From the NCBI RefSeq assembly GCF_006345805.1, contig NC_042997.1:157046001-157110000 (forward strand): a stretch of DNA of 64,000 nucleotides. Reading direction: 5' to 3'. The first letter of the stretch is position 1. Each line of letters begins with the position of its first letter. The position numbers and the translations under genes were made by a program. Source of the stretch: Octopus sinensis. Lineage: Eukaryota. This document shows positions 1 through 15,039 of this stretch, in pieces. The notes beneath the pieces are model-generated. The model saw nothing but the letters and a program-made list of their open reading frames with translations. It did no database searches and was not told where the DNA came from.

Positions 1-701
1 CGGGAATCCGCCACAGAGAGAAAACTGTGGTGGGGGACGGCAGCGAACTCGAACACCGGTGACCGGAGATAACAACAACAGGAGGAAGAGATAGAGAGAC
101 AGCGGAAGGCAATTGCTTACGTTTAAGAACAGTTTATACAATTATTACGACATCAAATAAAATGTGATACATAGCAGATACGTTAAAGAAAATAACATGA
201 AACAGAATTAAAAAGAAAACAACAAAATCATTTAAACATAACACGTCGTTCGAAAACAATCAAAGGCATGCACGATACAGAACGTCCGAAGCAATCGAAA
301 CAAATGTTCAGTGCAATACAGTTCGGATCAATGTTCTACATTAAAGTCTTTCTCTTTCTTTTTTTCCTTCCTCTTTAACACAATTCACAATGTTCTTTAT
401 AATTTCATTTCTTTTCTTCCTCTTTTCCTTCTTTCTTTTTTTTCACTATTCTTTTTTTTTGCATTTCACATCAAAACATACCGTTACAAGCTCCTACTAC
501 AATAGCCAATGCCTTCACGCCGTAATCTCTCTCTTTCGCTCTACATGTCCCCAATGCTATCTGTCTGTCTTTCTCAACGTTGTCATCCTCTCGCTTGTCA
601 TCTCTCACATTCACTGTCTGTCTTTCTCAACGTTGTCGTTGCCTCTCGCCATCGCAACCTTCTTGGCTGACCGTCCGTATCACTGCCGTCTTTTGCCAAT
701 T

Positions 702-790
702 CACTGTCTCAGGCAGAACTGACCTGTTGCCATCTCACTGTCTCGGGCAGAACTGACTTGTTGCCATCTCACTGTCTCAGGCAGAACTGC
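702..790. repeat. 34-bp tandem repeat, ~2.6 copies
   Basis: cactgtctcaggcagaactgacctgttgccatct starts at 702, 736 and 770. Confidence 0.9.
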
Positions 791-983
791 CAAACTAACC
801 CAGCTGGTCGCATTTTAAAGGGTGGTTTCTTAAACTTTCCCTGACCGGAAAAGGGTCAGATGTCTCTTCCAAACCCATTAATCTCTCCAGAAACCGACAG
901 GACAAAGGCTTTATCCGTCTGCCTGGCGCCAAACCACGAAACCAGGCCACAAGCACTCTGTTTCTCAACTGACCTCCATATCA

Positions 984-1015
<32 letters not shown>

Positions 1016-1020
1016 GTGTG

Positions 1021-1235
1021 TTTGTGTGTCTGTGTTTGCCCCCCTAGTATTGCTTGACAACCTATGCTGGTGTGTTTACGTCCCCGTCACTTAGCGGTTC
1101 GGCAAAAGAGACGATAGAATAAGTACTGGGCTTACAAAGAATAAGTCCCGGGGTAGATTTGCTCGACTAAAGGCGGTGCTCCAGCATGACCGCAGTCAAA
1201 TGACTGAAACAAGTAAACGAGTAAAAAAGAGTAAG
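1021..1235 (+). mobile_element. SINE family B, right arm only
   Basis: gcttgacaac..tgctggtgtgtttacgtccccgt...ggcggtgctccagcatg..cagtcaaatgactgaaacaagtaaa, shared with the full copies at 6866, 28425, 57574 and 63268. Confidence 0.85.
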
Positions 1236-1384
1236 AGTATGTACGAACGACGAAAGAACTGAGAGAAAACCTAAGAAAAATCAACCCCATACCAGCTTGG
1301 TATGATGCAAGAAAGTAGATATGTGATGGATGTAGAAGAGGACAGGTGTATGAATATAGAGAATGACGACTGTATAATGGCACT

Positions 1385-1650
1385 TATAAAAGAGAGGAAA
1401 CCGAGAAGACTTGGAATATATGCAATATTTTAGGTACCTTTTGTGCTGCTAATCATCGATCTCCCTCTCACGGATCATATTATTTTGACATCTATCACAC
1501 TTTTACCATCATCAATTTTTGCAAATATCTTTCCCTTGCTTTCCAATTAGCCTTGCCATAATGCCTTGATATTACGCTCTGCCATTGCTTTCTCTTCCAT
1601 TACCCCTCCGAGCACTGTTTCCTTCTCTCTCCTCTTCCACGCTGTTGCTT
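1385..1650 (-). pseudogene. Degenerate APE endonuclease fragment of an RTE-type LINE
   Basis: Broken minus-strand translation KTVLGGVMEE..KSVIDVKII..NIAYIPS resembles the APE segment VIDVKxxSDR..SAYAPQ; contains stops and frameshifts. Confidence 0.45.
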
Positions 1651-2243
1651 TAATCATTTTTATCTAACACTTCATGCTGTTACTTCATTTTTCGCTTTTC
1701 ACTTATTATCTCCCTTCCTTCTACTCACTCTGTTAATCAAATTGACTGTTGCGAAGGGGGACAACATTGAACAGTCGGGATCCATTTTGTCTAGCAGGGT
1801 GAAAAGTAACTACAATAGCATTGGTACCAAGGTAAAATGCATCTAGTACACTCTGTGAAATCGTTGACGAATAAATAATAAATAAAGACAATGAAGAATT
1901 GGAAGGATCCATCAGTTTTGTCTTGTTGAGGAGATGATAATTCCTCGAATACTGGCTTCACGTTAAGATGTATCTAGTAAATTCTGAAAATCGGTTATTA
2001 TTAAGAAGGACTTCAAGCAGTAGAAACAAGGCAAAAATTTGAGTGTACACTCGAGAAGTGGTCTCTTTTCCACCTAGAAGGACTGTAACTCCAAATAAGA
2101 ATAACTGTCTATAATAACTAATCAACCCCATACCAGCTTGGTATAATGATGATGATGTATTTATGAATACATATGCATGTAAGCTTAAATGTAAATACGT
2201 GGATATATGATATTATATATTATACATCCACATAATATTGTGC

Positions 2244-2337
<94 letters not shown>

Positions 2338-2344
2338 GTATATG

Positions 2345-2410
<66 letters not shown>

Positions 2411-2784
2411 ATTATATATATATTTATTTATTTATATATGCGTGCATAAGAGCACTTATTTCAAGCCTTCAAGCCGATTCCCAAACGTCACATTTTCGCA
2501 ACTCTCGAATCATATTTCCGTTAGAAATCTACATTATGCCAATATCATGCGTAATCACCAGAACTACAGCTTCCTCTGTTAATGTTACCAGAACTAAGTA
2601 CCAAATGCTGCAGAACAGATGATAAGCTCCCACATAGCTGAGCTGACGCGACCCATTTTCCTTTCCGTGATAGATGATATTTCTCTTCATTGCAACACTA
2701 ATAATAAACACCAACCCCAGTCAGAAAATAGCGACAGACCCAATGATGGGATACAAACCTATCTATCTCTTAACGTCGCCATTT

Positions 2785-3035
2785 TCAAGCCTAGCCAGGC
2801 TCGTGTGCCCGGTTTCCCGGTTTCTGTGGCGTATGTGTTCCCCGCAGCTGGACGGGACGCCAATCCATCGCAGAGTTACTAAGGAAACAGGAAGAGAGAG
2901 TGAGAGAAAGTTGTGGCGAAAGAGTACAACAGGAGTCACAACCACCCACTGCCGGAGCATCGTGGAGCTTTTAGGTGTTTTCGCTCAATAAACACACACA
3001 ACGCCCGGTCTGGGAACCGAAACCGCGCATCTCCG
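2785..3035 (-). mobile_element. SINE family E (tRNA head, aagctccacg core, tcccgtccag-type 3' part)
   Basis: Homologous to 4880-5100 and 19895-20180. Confidence 0.8.
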
Positions 3036-3589
3036 ACATTAGGGGAAACATTTTATCGGTTAATTTATTCATATGTTACTAATGTTTTTAGGAAAGGCAT
3101 GAGCATCACAGATATTCGTTTCATCGACAAGCTAATAAAAAAAAATATTTTCTTTTCTATCGAGTGAGAATTGCTGAATAAGCAAACTCTTGGAAAGCTG
3201 AGATTGTCTTGAATTTTAAGCTAACGGTTGAAAGAAGCTCATTTTATTTTAAACGTATTTTGCTTGGTTTAGTATAAGGAACTGCAGTGCATTGAAGACT
3301 GCTTATCAATAAAGCAAAAAAGACATTTTGTGCATTGAACAACGTGCATACTTTACTGCGTCTCAAATTGCAGCAGCTCTTTTTGGTCTCGTGTCAAAAA
3401 GACCTTTACTAACTTTGCAGGGCAAAAAACTACTCAGTAGAGTTTGAGGATTTTTTTCTTGTGTCGCTAGTATTTTTTACTCTTTCATTGTAGCTCCTTG
3501 TGAACCATTTACATGCTTTGGTGTTATAATATTTGGTTGTGTAAGGGATGAAGAATATGAAGAGATATGTTTAATAGAACGGTTTTGGT

Positions 3590-3900
3590 TGTCTCTTTCG
3601 GATTTTCTGATGGGTCACAGGTGAAGTACATTTCTGCTAAGGATAAGGGTAAAAACCTCCTTCGGTCATGAATAACCATGGGATTGAACCTACAAAGTTC
3701 CTCTCCGAAGCACAGGTCAGGGCAAGGTTGTTTGTGAAAAACTAGTAGTTGCCCATGCATACCAGCATCTGCTCTCCACACCTCTGATGTTATCCAAGAG
3801 AAAGGCAAAGGCCAATACAGCTTGGCACCAATAATGTCGCAACAGCCTGATCCGGGAATCAAACTCACTACCTCATGATTGTAAGCCCAATGCTCTAACT
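3590..3900 (-). mobile_element. SINE family C
   Basis: Diverged reverse copy of 6346-6680. Confidence 0.75.
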
Positions 3901-3988
3901 ACTGATCCATGCGTGCAAAAATGGCAGAGCTGATTTTGACGGGCCGTATCCACCAAGAGGGCTGTGTCTTAGTAGGTTGGTCACTTAC

Positions 3989-4036
3989 GGATAGTCGTGT
4001 TTTGGCTGTGGTCAAACAGTGATAGATTGGTAGAGG
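3989..4036 (-). CDS. Candidate 48-nt phase 1-1 exon, (A)STNLSLFDHSQNTTI
   Basis: ctttcaaacctag acceptor, gtaagt donor, open frame, phase-compatible with 5552-5685, two N-X-S/T sequons; could be chance. Confidence 0.3.
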
Positions 4037-4726
4037 CTAGGTTTGAAAGTAAGGAAGGAAATCAAATATGTTTGGAATATCTGTGTATTGTTCCGAATTA
4101 GGTGCAGGAATAATATTAATGAATATGTGTTGAGAATGATATTAGCAATGCTCTAAATTTCAAACAACCTCAGCCATATGGCAAGCAATTCAACCTTATT
4201 TTTATTAGCTGTCGATCACCCTCTCAACGCATTCATACATCACACTTCGCCAACTCTTCAAAAGCCATTTTCCCCAAGGGACAGAATTACAGCGAGCAAA
4301 ATTTTTAAAAAAGGAAAACTTCAACCATTAATATAGATTAATGCATGGCATATATTCAATAAAAAAATGTGTGTGTGTGTGTGTATACACTCAAACACAC
4401 CTACACACAGACACATATATACACATAATTGGGTTGCGGTCATACTGGAGCATCGCTTTGTTGGGTTTAGTCAAACAGCTCGATTCCAGTATTTGTTTTA
4501 AGTTAAGTTAATTTTTTGGCTCAAAAAGCAAAAAGCAAGGCCATGTAGGGGGACATGGAGTTATGTACAGGGTGGTGTTCATGCAAAGAGTTCAGGCCAT
4601 TTCTGGTCAAGAGAGACTTTGAACCGAGCGGTCGTCGGCAGTTAGAGTCTTGTACTTAGTTGTCAGTTTTTTTTGCCGAACTATTAAGTTCTGGGGACAC
4701 AAACAAACACCGGTTGTCAAACGGTC

Positions 4727-4915
4727 GTGGCACTCCGTCGGTTACGACGACGAAGGTTCCAGTTGACTCGCTCAACGGAACAGCCTGCTCGTGAAATTAA
4801 CGTGCAAGTGGCTGTGCACTCTACAGACACGTATACCTTTAGCGTAGTTCTTGGGGAGATTCAGCGTGACACAGAGTGTGACAAGGCTGGCCCTTTGAAA
4901 TACAGGTACAACAGA
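4727..4915 (+). repeat. Interspersed repeat fragment, probably LINE-derived UTR
   Basis: GC-richer block (ggaacagcctgctcgtgaaattaacgtgcaagtggc...ggccctttgaaatacagg) between SINEs; family assignment is recalled, not verified. Confidence 0.4.
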
Positions 4916-5100
4916 AACAGGAAGAAAGAGTGAGAGAAAGTTGTGAAAGAGTACAGCAGGGTTCGCTACTACTCCCTGCTGGAGCCTCGTGGAGCTTTAG
5001 GTGTTTTCGCTCAATAAACACTTACAACGCCAAGTCTGGGAATCGAAACCGCGATCCTACGACCGCGAGTCCACTGCCCTAACCACTGGGCCATTGCGCC
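4880..5100 (-). mobile_element. SINE family E, 5' part
   Basis: Reverse tRNA-like head (ggcccagtggttagggcagtggactcgcggtcgtaggatcgcggtttcgattccc). Confidence 0.8.
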
Positions 5101-5147
5101 TTCTGTCAAACGGTAGTGGTGGGACAAACACAGATACGTGCGCGCAC

Positions 5148-5220
<73 letters not shown>

Positions 5221-5551
5221 CAACACACACACATACACACACATATACGCGCTAGGCTTCCATACACTTTCCGTCTACCAAACTCACTCTCAGGGCATTG
5301 GTCTGCCCGGAGCTATATTAGAAGATACTTTTCCAAGATTCCGCACGATGGGACAAAACCCCAAATCATGTGGAGTTGAAGAGATTTAGTGAAATAATAT
5401 TTTCCTGGCATTCCTTCGATATAGCTCGACAAGGTCGAGACATTTCACTTCGGGTATTTCCGTGGGTTGTGGAGTATTGATATAACGAAATTATGCCCGC
5501 AATGTCTCATTTTAAGATTGAAGAAGAAAAGCCTTACATATATGTTCTTAC

Positions 5552-5685
5552 CCGTTTCATGTGCGTATGTAAAATCTGCATATTTCCAAGCAGAAAACAG
5601 AATCGAACTGTCATTTGCTTCCATGGAAATACCCGAAATGTAGTGTTTTGATTTTGTCGAGTTATATCGAAAGAATGCCATTTTC
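5552..5685 (-). CDS. Candidate exon KMAFFRYNSTKSKHYISGISMEANDSSILFSAWKYADFTYAHET(x)
   Basis: Unique sequence, open frame with protein-like composition and two sequons, G|gtaaga donor; acceptor weak (aag; frame stays open to ~5711); eyeball resemblance to LAMP luminal or GAIN beta-strands. Confidence 0.35.
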
Positions 5686-5844
5686 CTTATTAAGATAGTG
5701 TTTAGAACTTACAATTATTTTATCAGATCGATGGAAGATTTTTACTCATTGGTACATTAAATTAGTGTTTGCTACGTATCTTAACAAAAGGATTTTAACA
5801 TAAAATTATGAGGCAAGATCTTGATTTTAAATATCTCTTTCCTC

Positions 5845-6235
5845 TTTTACTTGTTTCAGTCATTTGACTGCGGCCGTGCTGGAGCACCGCCTTTTGTCGA
5901 GCAAATCGACACCAGGACTTATTCTTTGTAAACCTACTACTTATTTTATCGGTCTCTTTTGCCGAACCGCTAAGTTACGGGGACGTAAACACACCAGCAT
6001 CGGTTGTCAAGCGATGTTGATGGGGGGGGGGACAAACACACACACACACATATATATATACATATATACGACGGGCTTCTTTCAGTTTCCGTCTACCAAA
6101 TCCAGTACTCACAAGGCTTTAGTCAGCCCGAGGCTATAGTAGAAGACACTTGCCCAAGGTGCCACGCAGTGGGACTGAACCCGGAACTGTGTGGTTCGTA
6201 AGCAAGCTACTTACCACACAGCCACTCTTACGCCT
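5845..6235 (-). mobile_element. SINE family B, full two-arm copy
   Basis: Reverse complement of the 6866-7295 pattern with an internal microsatellite. Confidence 0.9.
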
Positions 6236-6345
6236 GTAGGAAGATTTTTAAACCAGAAGCATTGTATCTTAGAACTAAGGGTATCGATGGTATCAAAACA
6301 ATTAAAAATAAAGGTCAATACAAATGTATGGCTATTGATACATGT

Positions 6346-6680
6346 GAAGGCGCGTGGCTCAGTGGTTAGAGCGTCGAGCTTACGATCGTGAGGTTGTGAG
6401 CTCGAATCCCAGACCTGGCTGCGTGTTGTGTTCTTGAGCAAGACACTTTATTTCACGTTGCTCCAGTTCACTCAGCTGTAGAAATGAGTTGCGACGTCAC
6501 AGGTGCCAAGCTGTATCGGCCCTTGCCTTTCCCTTGGACAACATCGGTGGCGTGGAGAGGGGAGGCCGGTATGCATGGGCGACTGCTGGTCTTCCATAAA
6601 ACAACCTCGCCCAGACTTGTGCCTCAGAGGGTAACTCTAGGTGCAAACCCATGGTCAGTGCCTGACCGAAGGGGGTCACC
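6346..6680 (+). mobile_element. SINE family C (tRNA-derived)
   Basis: A-box tggctcagtggttagagc, B-box-like gagctcgaatccc, CORE-like ttcttgagcaagacact; further copies at 29398, 43345, 55460. Confidence 0.9.
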
Positions 6681-6865
6681 ACCACGATACATTTCCACAA
6701 GCATATTGGTCACAGAAGAGGAGTGAAATAGTAATTAACTATGCTAACCGAAGCAAATGAGCGGCGTAATTTTCTTAGCTGTTCGCCGTCGTTTCTGTTT
6801 TTGTTGGAGTGTTGTTAAAAAAAGTGATTGACTGCATAGCTGAGAAGGTTTAAATTTAAAATAAC

Positions 6866-7037
6866 GAAAGAGTGGCTGTGTGGTAAGTAGCTTGCTAACC
6901 AACCACATGGTTCCGGGTTCAGTCCCACTGCGTGGCATCTTGGGCAAGTGTCTTCTGCTATAGCCCCGGGCCGACCAATGCCTTGTGAGTGGATTTGGTA
7001 GACGGAAACTGAAAGAAGCCTGTCGTATATATGTATA

Positions 7038-7103
<66 letters not shown>

Positions 7104-7295
7104 TGTGTTTGTCCCCCTAGCATTGCTTGACAACCGATGCTAGTGTGTTACGTGCCCGTCACTTAGCGTTCGGCAAAAGAGACCGATAGAATAAGTACTA
7201 GGCTTACAAAGGAATAAGTCCCGGGGTCGATTTGCTCGACTAAAGGCGGTGCTCAGCATGGCCGCAGTCAAATGACTGAAACAAGTAAAAAAGAG
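6866..7295 (+). mobile_element. SINE family B (tRNA head, CORE-like cttgggcaagtgtcttc, internal microsatellite, right arm)
   Basis: gagtggctgtgtggtaagtagcttgc...ggttccgggttcagtccc; more than 10 copies or fragments in the window. Confidence 0.9.
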
Positions 7296-8008
7296 TAAAA
7301 AAAGAGTAAAGAGCTAAAAAAAAAAAGGCATGATAAAAATAGACTGATTTGGTTATAAGAAGTATGCTACAGGAAGAAAAAGGGTGTGGTTTATCGAAAT
7401 GTAAAAAGAGCAAGGAACAGATGACGGGAGTGGATGAGATGAGGAGAAGGGGAAAAGAAGACTAACAGAAAGAAAGCAAAGGAAATGATTTAAGAGAACG
7501 TGTCCGGTGGATGGTGAACGACCAGTCATCAAGTGCAGACAGATAGACTGGAGGTTGGTGAGTGTAACTCTCATAACTTTGTCACCATTCTGTTAGAAAA
7601 CGTCTCAACTTTTAAAAAAGAAACGAACGGATATTTATACATCGTAACAGCTAATTTCAAGTAAACGCCAGCTCATCCGTTCAACATATGTGTAACCTGA
7701 AGGAGATACGCAATAATGTCCGTGATTCCATGATTTTTTAGCGTTGGTTCTATTTTCGGTTTTTCTTTTTTTATTTTCAGATTCTTATTTTCCTTCACCG
7801 TTTTGCCATTTTTTTCAATGTGTAGGTACGTACACCGTGTAGTTGTAGTTGCTGAAGACCTGCTTTAAAGATATCCTGAAGTAGGACCTCAGTGTCTGTC
7901 AGCTTTTTATATAGTAAACATATCTATCTACTCTAGTCAATGTATTGAGTTCTATATCAGATATTTGCACCGTGTAAAATATATTTTATACTTTACAACA
8001 CTTATATT

Positions 8009-8110
<102 letters not shown>

Positions 8111-8279
8111 TACACACACATACACACACACACAACAGGCTTCTGGTCAGATATCGTCTACGAAATGTCATTCCCCAAAATTTTGGTCAATAAGAAAGTA
8201 TGGGAGACAATATTTGTCCTTTATGCTGGAATCTGGAACCGTGTGATTGTAAAGCGAAGTTCTTAACCACATAGCCATG

Positions 8280-8505
8280 ATATTGGTTTCAAATTTTGGC
8301 ACAAGACCAGCAACCTCGGTGGAGGGGATAAGTCGATTACATCGACCCCCACCCCCAGTACTCAGCTGGTTTTCTCATTTTATCTATCTCGAAAGAATGA
8401 AAAGCAAAGTCAACCTCGGCGGAATTTGGACTCAGAATGTAAGGACGGGCGAAATGCCACTAAGCATTTAACCCGAAGTGTTAACGATTCTGCCAGCTCG
8501 CAGTC
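8280..8505 (-). mobile_element. SINE family A
   Basis: Diverged reverse copy of 21297-21530. Confidence 0.8.
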
Positions 8506-8741
8506 TTACATAGCCATGATATTAAATTGTATAGGCGTAGAAGTGGCTGTGTGGTAAGTAGCTTGCTTACCAACCACATGGTTCTAGGTTCAGTCCCATT
8601 GCGTGGCATCTTGGGCAAGTGTCTTCTGCTATAGCCTCGGGCCGACCAAAGCCTTGTGAGGGGACTTGGTAGACGGAAACTGAAACAAGCCCGTCATATA
8701 AATGCGTGTGTGTGTGTGTATATATATATATATACATATGT

Positions 8742-8814
<73 letters not shown>

Positions 8815-8901
8815 TGTAGGTCCCGGGTTGATTCGGGGTTAACCACAGTAAATAAGGTACTCAATACATAGTAGAGTAAAATTAATTTATTATATAGAAG
8901 G

Positions 8902-8950
8902 AGCTTCTACAGGACTAGAATGTTTCATTAAGAGAAATCTTCAGGAAGCT
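8902..8950 (-). ncRNA. Type I hammerhead ribozyme motif in the sense pLTR (two 1-nt deletions)
   Basis: Reverse copy of 14909-14959. Confidence 0.55.
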
Positions 8951-9364
8951 AGTTAACAGAATTGTATTGGCATTTATACATTTAGGCAGGTTTAAAGGGG
9001 TGTTGGTGGGGGACTTTTGGGGGTAGGCATAGCGCAAAATATCATACTTGGGGGAGTGGTCAAGGAGTCAGTGTTAAATTAGATAGAAGAATAAAAAAAA
9101 AAAATAAAAAAATATATAAAAAAATATATAAAAATATATATAAAAAAAGGGATAGAGTTTTAGGGTAAATAAGGAGATTCTCACTTATACCTATGCACAT
9201 ATGTATACATATATACACACACATACAAACATATATACATATACATACACACATACGTACACACACACATATATACATAATATAGATCGCCATGTTGATT
9301 CGTTAGCTACTGCACGCATTTTTTTTTTTCTCTCCTTCTTTCTGTGTTTTTCTCTCTCTGTGTA

Positions 9365-9402
9365 TCTTTCTGTTGAAGAGCGTAGGCTCGAAACGTTAAA
9401 GA
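9365..9402 (+). ncRNA. Minimal hammerhead-like motif (variant core)
   Basis: tcttt CTGTTGA A GAGC-gtag-GCTC GAA ACGT T aaaga; palindromic AACGTT stem III; A6 replaced by U; GUU triplet. Confidence 0.5.
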
Positions 9403-9499
9403 CTTGTTTTATTTATTTCCTGAGCGCCATACTAATACAATTGTTCGTTTGTTTTCCACCTGCCTTCGTCTTTTGTTTATTTTCATAAAGCTTCCCGTT

Positions 9500-12200
<2,701 letters not shown>

Positions 12201-12757
12201 ACACATACATATATCAACAATTGAGGGTAAGTTAATTAGTTATTAATCAATTTCACCAAGTATTCAGTATGTAAAAGGACCATTATTTTTTTGAGTAAAT
12301 AATGTCTGAGGGAAAATATTACTAAGTAGTGGAAGAGGCTAAAAAACTTTTTGGCTGCTATTTCTAGAAAGTTCAGTGTGTGGCAAAGTAATTATTTTAC
12401 TAAGCCCTAATTATATAATATTTTATACATACATACACATACATACACACACATACATATACACATACATATGCATACACACATATATACACATATACAT
12501 ATATACATATATACATATATACACACACATACACACACACATATATATATATATTATATATATATATATACATACATACACACACACACACATAATACAT
12601 GCGTATATTCCTACTATACCCATACATTTCTATACATATATACGATACACATATACAAGCGTGCACATACAATATTTGAAAGGTCTTAGGAGAAAAGGTA
12701 ATCGGGGGTGCTAGGGGAACGGTGGGATGGGGGGGGGGTTTGGTGGGTGTGGTGTCA

Positions 12758-14169
12758 TCAATCTGATTGCCGGGTAGGTCTATAGTTCTTGTAGTTCGCA
12801 TACTTCTTATGCATGCAATTTGGGGAGTGTTCTGAGATTTTGTTAAGGAGAGGGCCTTTGGCGAACAAGATCTCTAGGCTCTCCGATATGCAGAGGTCAC
12901 AGCAGGTATGGACTCCGGTGTACGAGCGCGCCTTCTGTAGTAGTTTCCACTTGTCTTGAAGGGGATGGAGTTCCTTTTAAGGTACCAGATGTGGGCGGCG
13001 AGGGTAGTTGGTTGGATTATCCTGTCGCGGAACGAGTGTGTGTGTGCGTACCAACGGGTCTTAAAGCTGTTTGACGTCATTCCGATGTAGGATTTTCTTT
13101 TATCGTCAGGGCCTGATCTTACCTCGCATGTATATACTAGGTCCCTCTGTAGGCAGTTGTTGTTGAGGGGGCAGGTGGTTTATCAGGGCAGTTGCAATTG
13201 TATCGGACGTTGGATGGCCTCGGAAAAAGTAGTAGATATGTTAAGTTTTTTCACATTGTTGTTGGCTAGGTTCCTGGCTGATTGGCGTGGTAGAGTAGGA
13301 GAGTCTAATAGTGTTCTTATTTAGGATAGTGTAGTACTTATGTTGGGTGGGGAAGTGTTTCTGTAGGAGAGTGAAGAAGATTTTAGCTACAGGTGTAGCG
13401 ACCTCACGGTTGAAGGGGGGGGGGGTTGTACCAGCTAATGTGTCTCGTCTATTTTCCTGGTTGGCGTGGGGCTATACTAGTATAGGTAATCTTATCTTTA
13501 AAGCCACTGCGGGCCAGGGCCTCGTTGTAATAGGGGGCTGCGGCCTTAAAGATATCTTCCGTGGCGGACAGGCTAGAAATTCTAATTGAGACACTTTTTA
13601 CTAGGTTATCTAATATATTTTTGGGGGTGGTTGGAATTAATATCTATATATCTAAGGGATTCATTGGTGTTTGTGGTACGGGTAATAAAGTGAGGTTTTT
13701 AAGTCGAGGGTGACATCAAGGAAGTTAGCTTTTGTTAAGTGGGTTCTAAGGTAATCCTAAGGCCTAAGTTTTTAAAGAAGGTGTAAAGATTTTTCCGGAA
13801 CCCATCCGTGGTCCTGGGGTTTATTTTGTGGAGGGCGAAAGGCCGTCATCGCGGTAAAGACCACCGGAGAGGCCTGTGAATAGGGTTTTCAGCCTATGGA
13901 GGATGAAAAGGCCCACTAGGTCACTTATTTCAGCAGAGTCGTTAGCACCCATGCTGACGTCGAAGGGGGGACAGATTTTTTTGTTGATCCAGTGGGATCC
14001 GTCATAGAAAAGAAAAAGCTTACGTGCGTGGAGGATCACATCTTGCTCGGCCTCGGTGATGGTGGAGGACCTCCTGGCGAAGTTAATCGCGTCGATCAGC
14101 AAGCTCTCCGATATGGAGGCGTAGTAATCCTCGATATCCAGTTGTAGGAATCGGGTGTTGCTTTTGTCA
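12758..14169 (-). pseudogene. Penelope-like RT plus GIY-YIG endonuclease (Naiad-like), frameshifted
   Basis: RFLQLDIEDYYASISESLL..FDVSMGANDSAEISDLVGLFIL..LYRDDGL..NFLDVTLDL..SNHP..YYNEALARSGF..CNC..CPLNNNCLQRDLVYTCEV..SYIGMT..KTRWYAH..CDLCISE..LLNK..CMHK. Confidence 0.92.
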
Positions 14170-14908
14170 TGTGACCAGCGATCAAAGATAACAAAAGTAA
14201 TAAATGAAGATAATAAAATTAAAATTAGGGAATGGGTCTGTATTTGTATGTGTATATATATGTGTGTATGTGTAGGTATGCATAGTAGTACTTATATATA
14301 TATATATGTATGTATATGTATGTGTGTGTATATGTGTGTGTATGTGTATATATGTGTATATAGGGACTAGTGTGCTGTGTGTGCATATGTGTGTGTGGAT
14401 ATGTGTGTGTATGCGTGTATGTGAGTATGTGTGTGTATGTGTATATATATTTTTCTGTGTGTTTATGTATGTGTGGTCGTGTGTGTATATATACATGTGT
14501 GTATACGTGTAGCATGTGAGTGTGTGTATGTATACATATATGTGTATGTGTAGATATGTATATGTATGTGTAAGTGTATATATATGTATATATGTGGTGG
14601 TGTACGTATGTGTGTATGTATATGTATATATGTTTGTATGTGTGTGTAATATGTATACATATGTGCATAGGTATAAGTGAGAATCTCCTTATTTACCTAA
14701 AACTCTATTCCCTTTTTTTATATATTTTTTTATATATTTTTTTATATATTTTTTTATTTTTTTATTTATTCTTCTATCTAATTTAACACTGACTCCTTGA
14801 CCACTCCCCCAAGTATGATATTTTGCGCTATGCCTACCCCCAAAAGTCCCCCACCAAACCCCTTAAACCTGCCTAAATGTATAAATGCCAATACAATTCT
14901 TGTTAACT

Positions 14909-14959
14909 AGCTTCCTGAAGATTTCTCTTGAATGAAACAGTTCTAGTCCTGTAGAAGCT
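14909..14959 (+). ncRNA. Type I hammerhead ribozyme motif
   Basis: agcttc CTGAAGA tttc-tctt-gaat GAA acag-ttctagtc-ctgt A gaagct; stems I and III perfect, GUA triplet, base of stem II mismatched. Confidence 0.7.
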
Positions 14960-14978
14960 CCTTCTATATAATAAATAA

Positions 14979-15039
<61 letters not shown>

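Noticed and set aside
2240-2430. Recurrent single TT or AA phase shifts inside (AT)n tracts throughout the window
   Set aside because: Most simply slippage or long-read consensus error; cannot be separated from biology without raw reads
6346-6420. tRNA-like sequences here and at other SINE heads
   Set aside because: A and B boxes continue into SINE bodies; no complete cloverleaf or acceptor stem, so not tRNA genes
7650-7890. Several ag..gt blocks on both strands (e.g. plus 7781-7825; minus GYTYVERMSWRLLEISCYD)
   Set aside because: Mutually conflicting strands, weak donors or incompatible phases; expected by chance
12758-13200. Selenocysteine (in-frame TGA at Cys) as reported for some Naiad elements
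   Set aside because: The conserved Cys positions I read in the GIY-YIG region are TGC/TGT; breaks are frameshifts, not UGA codons
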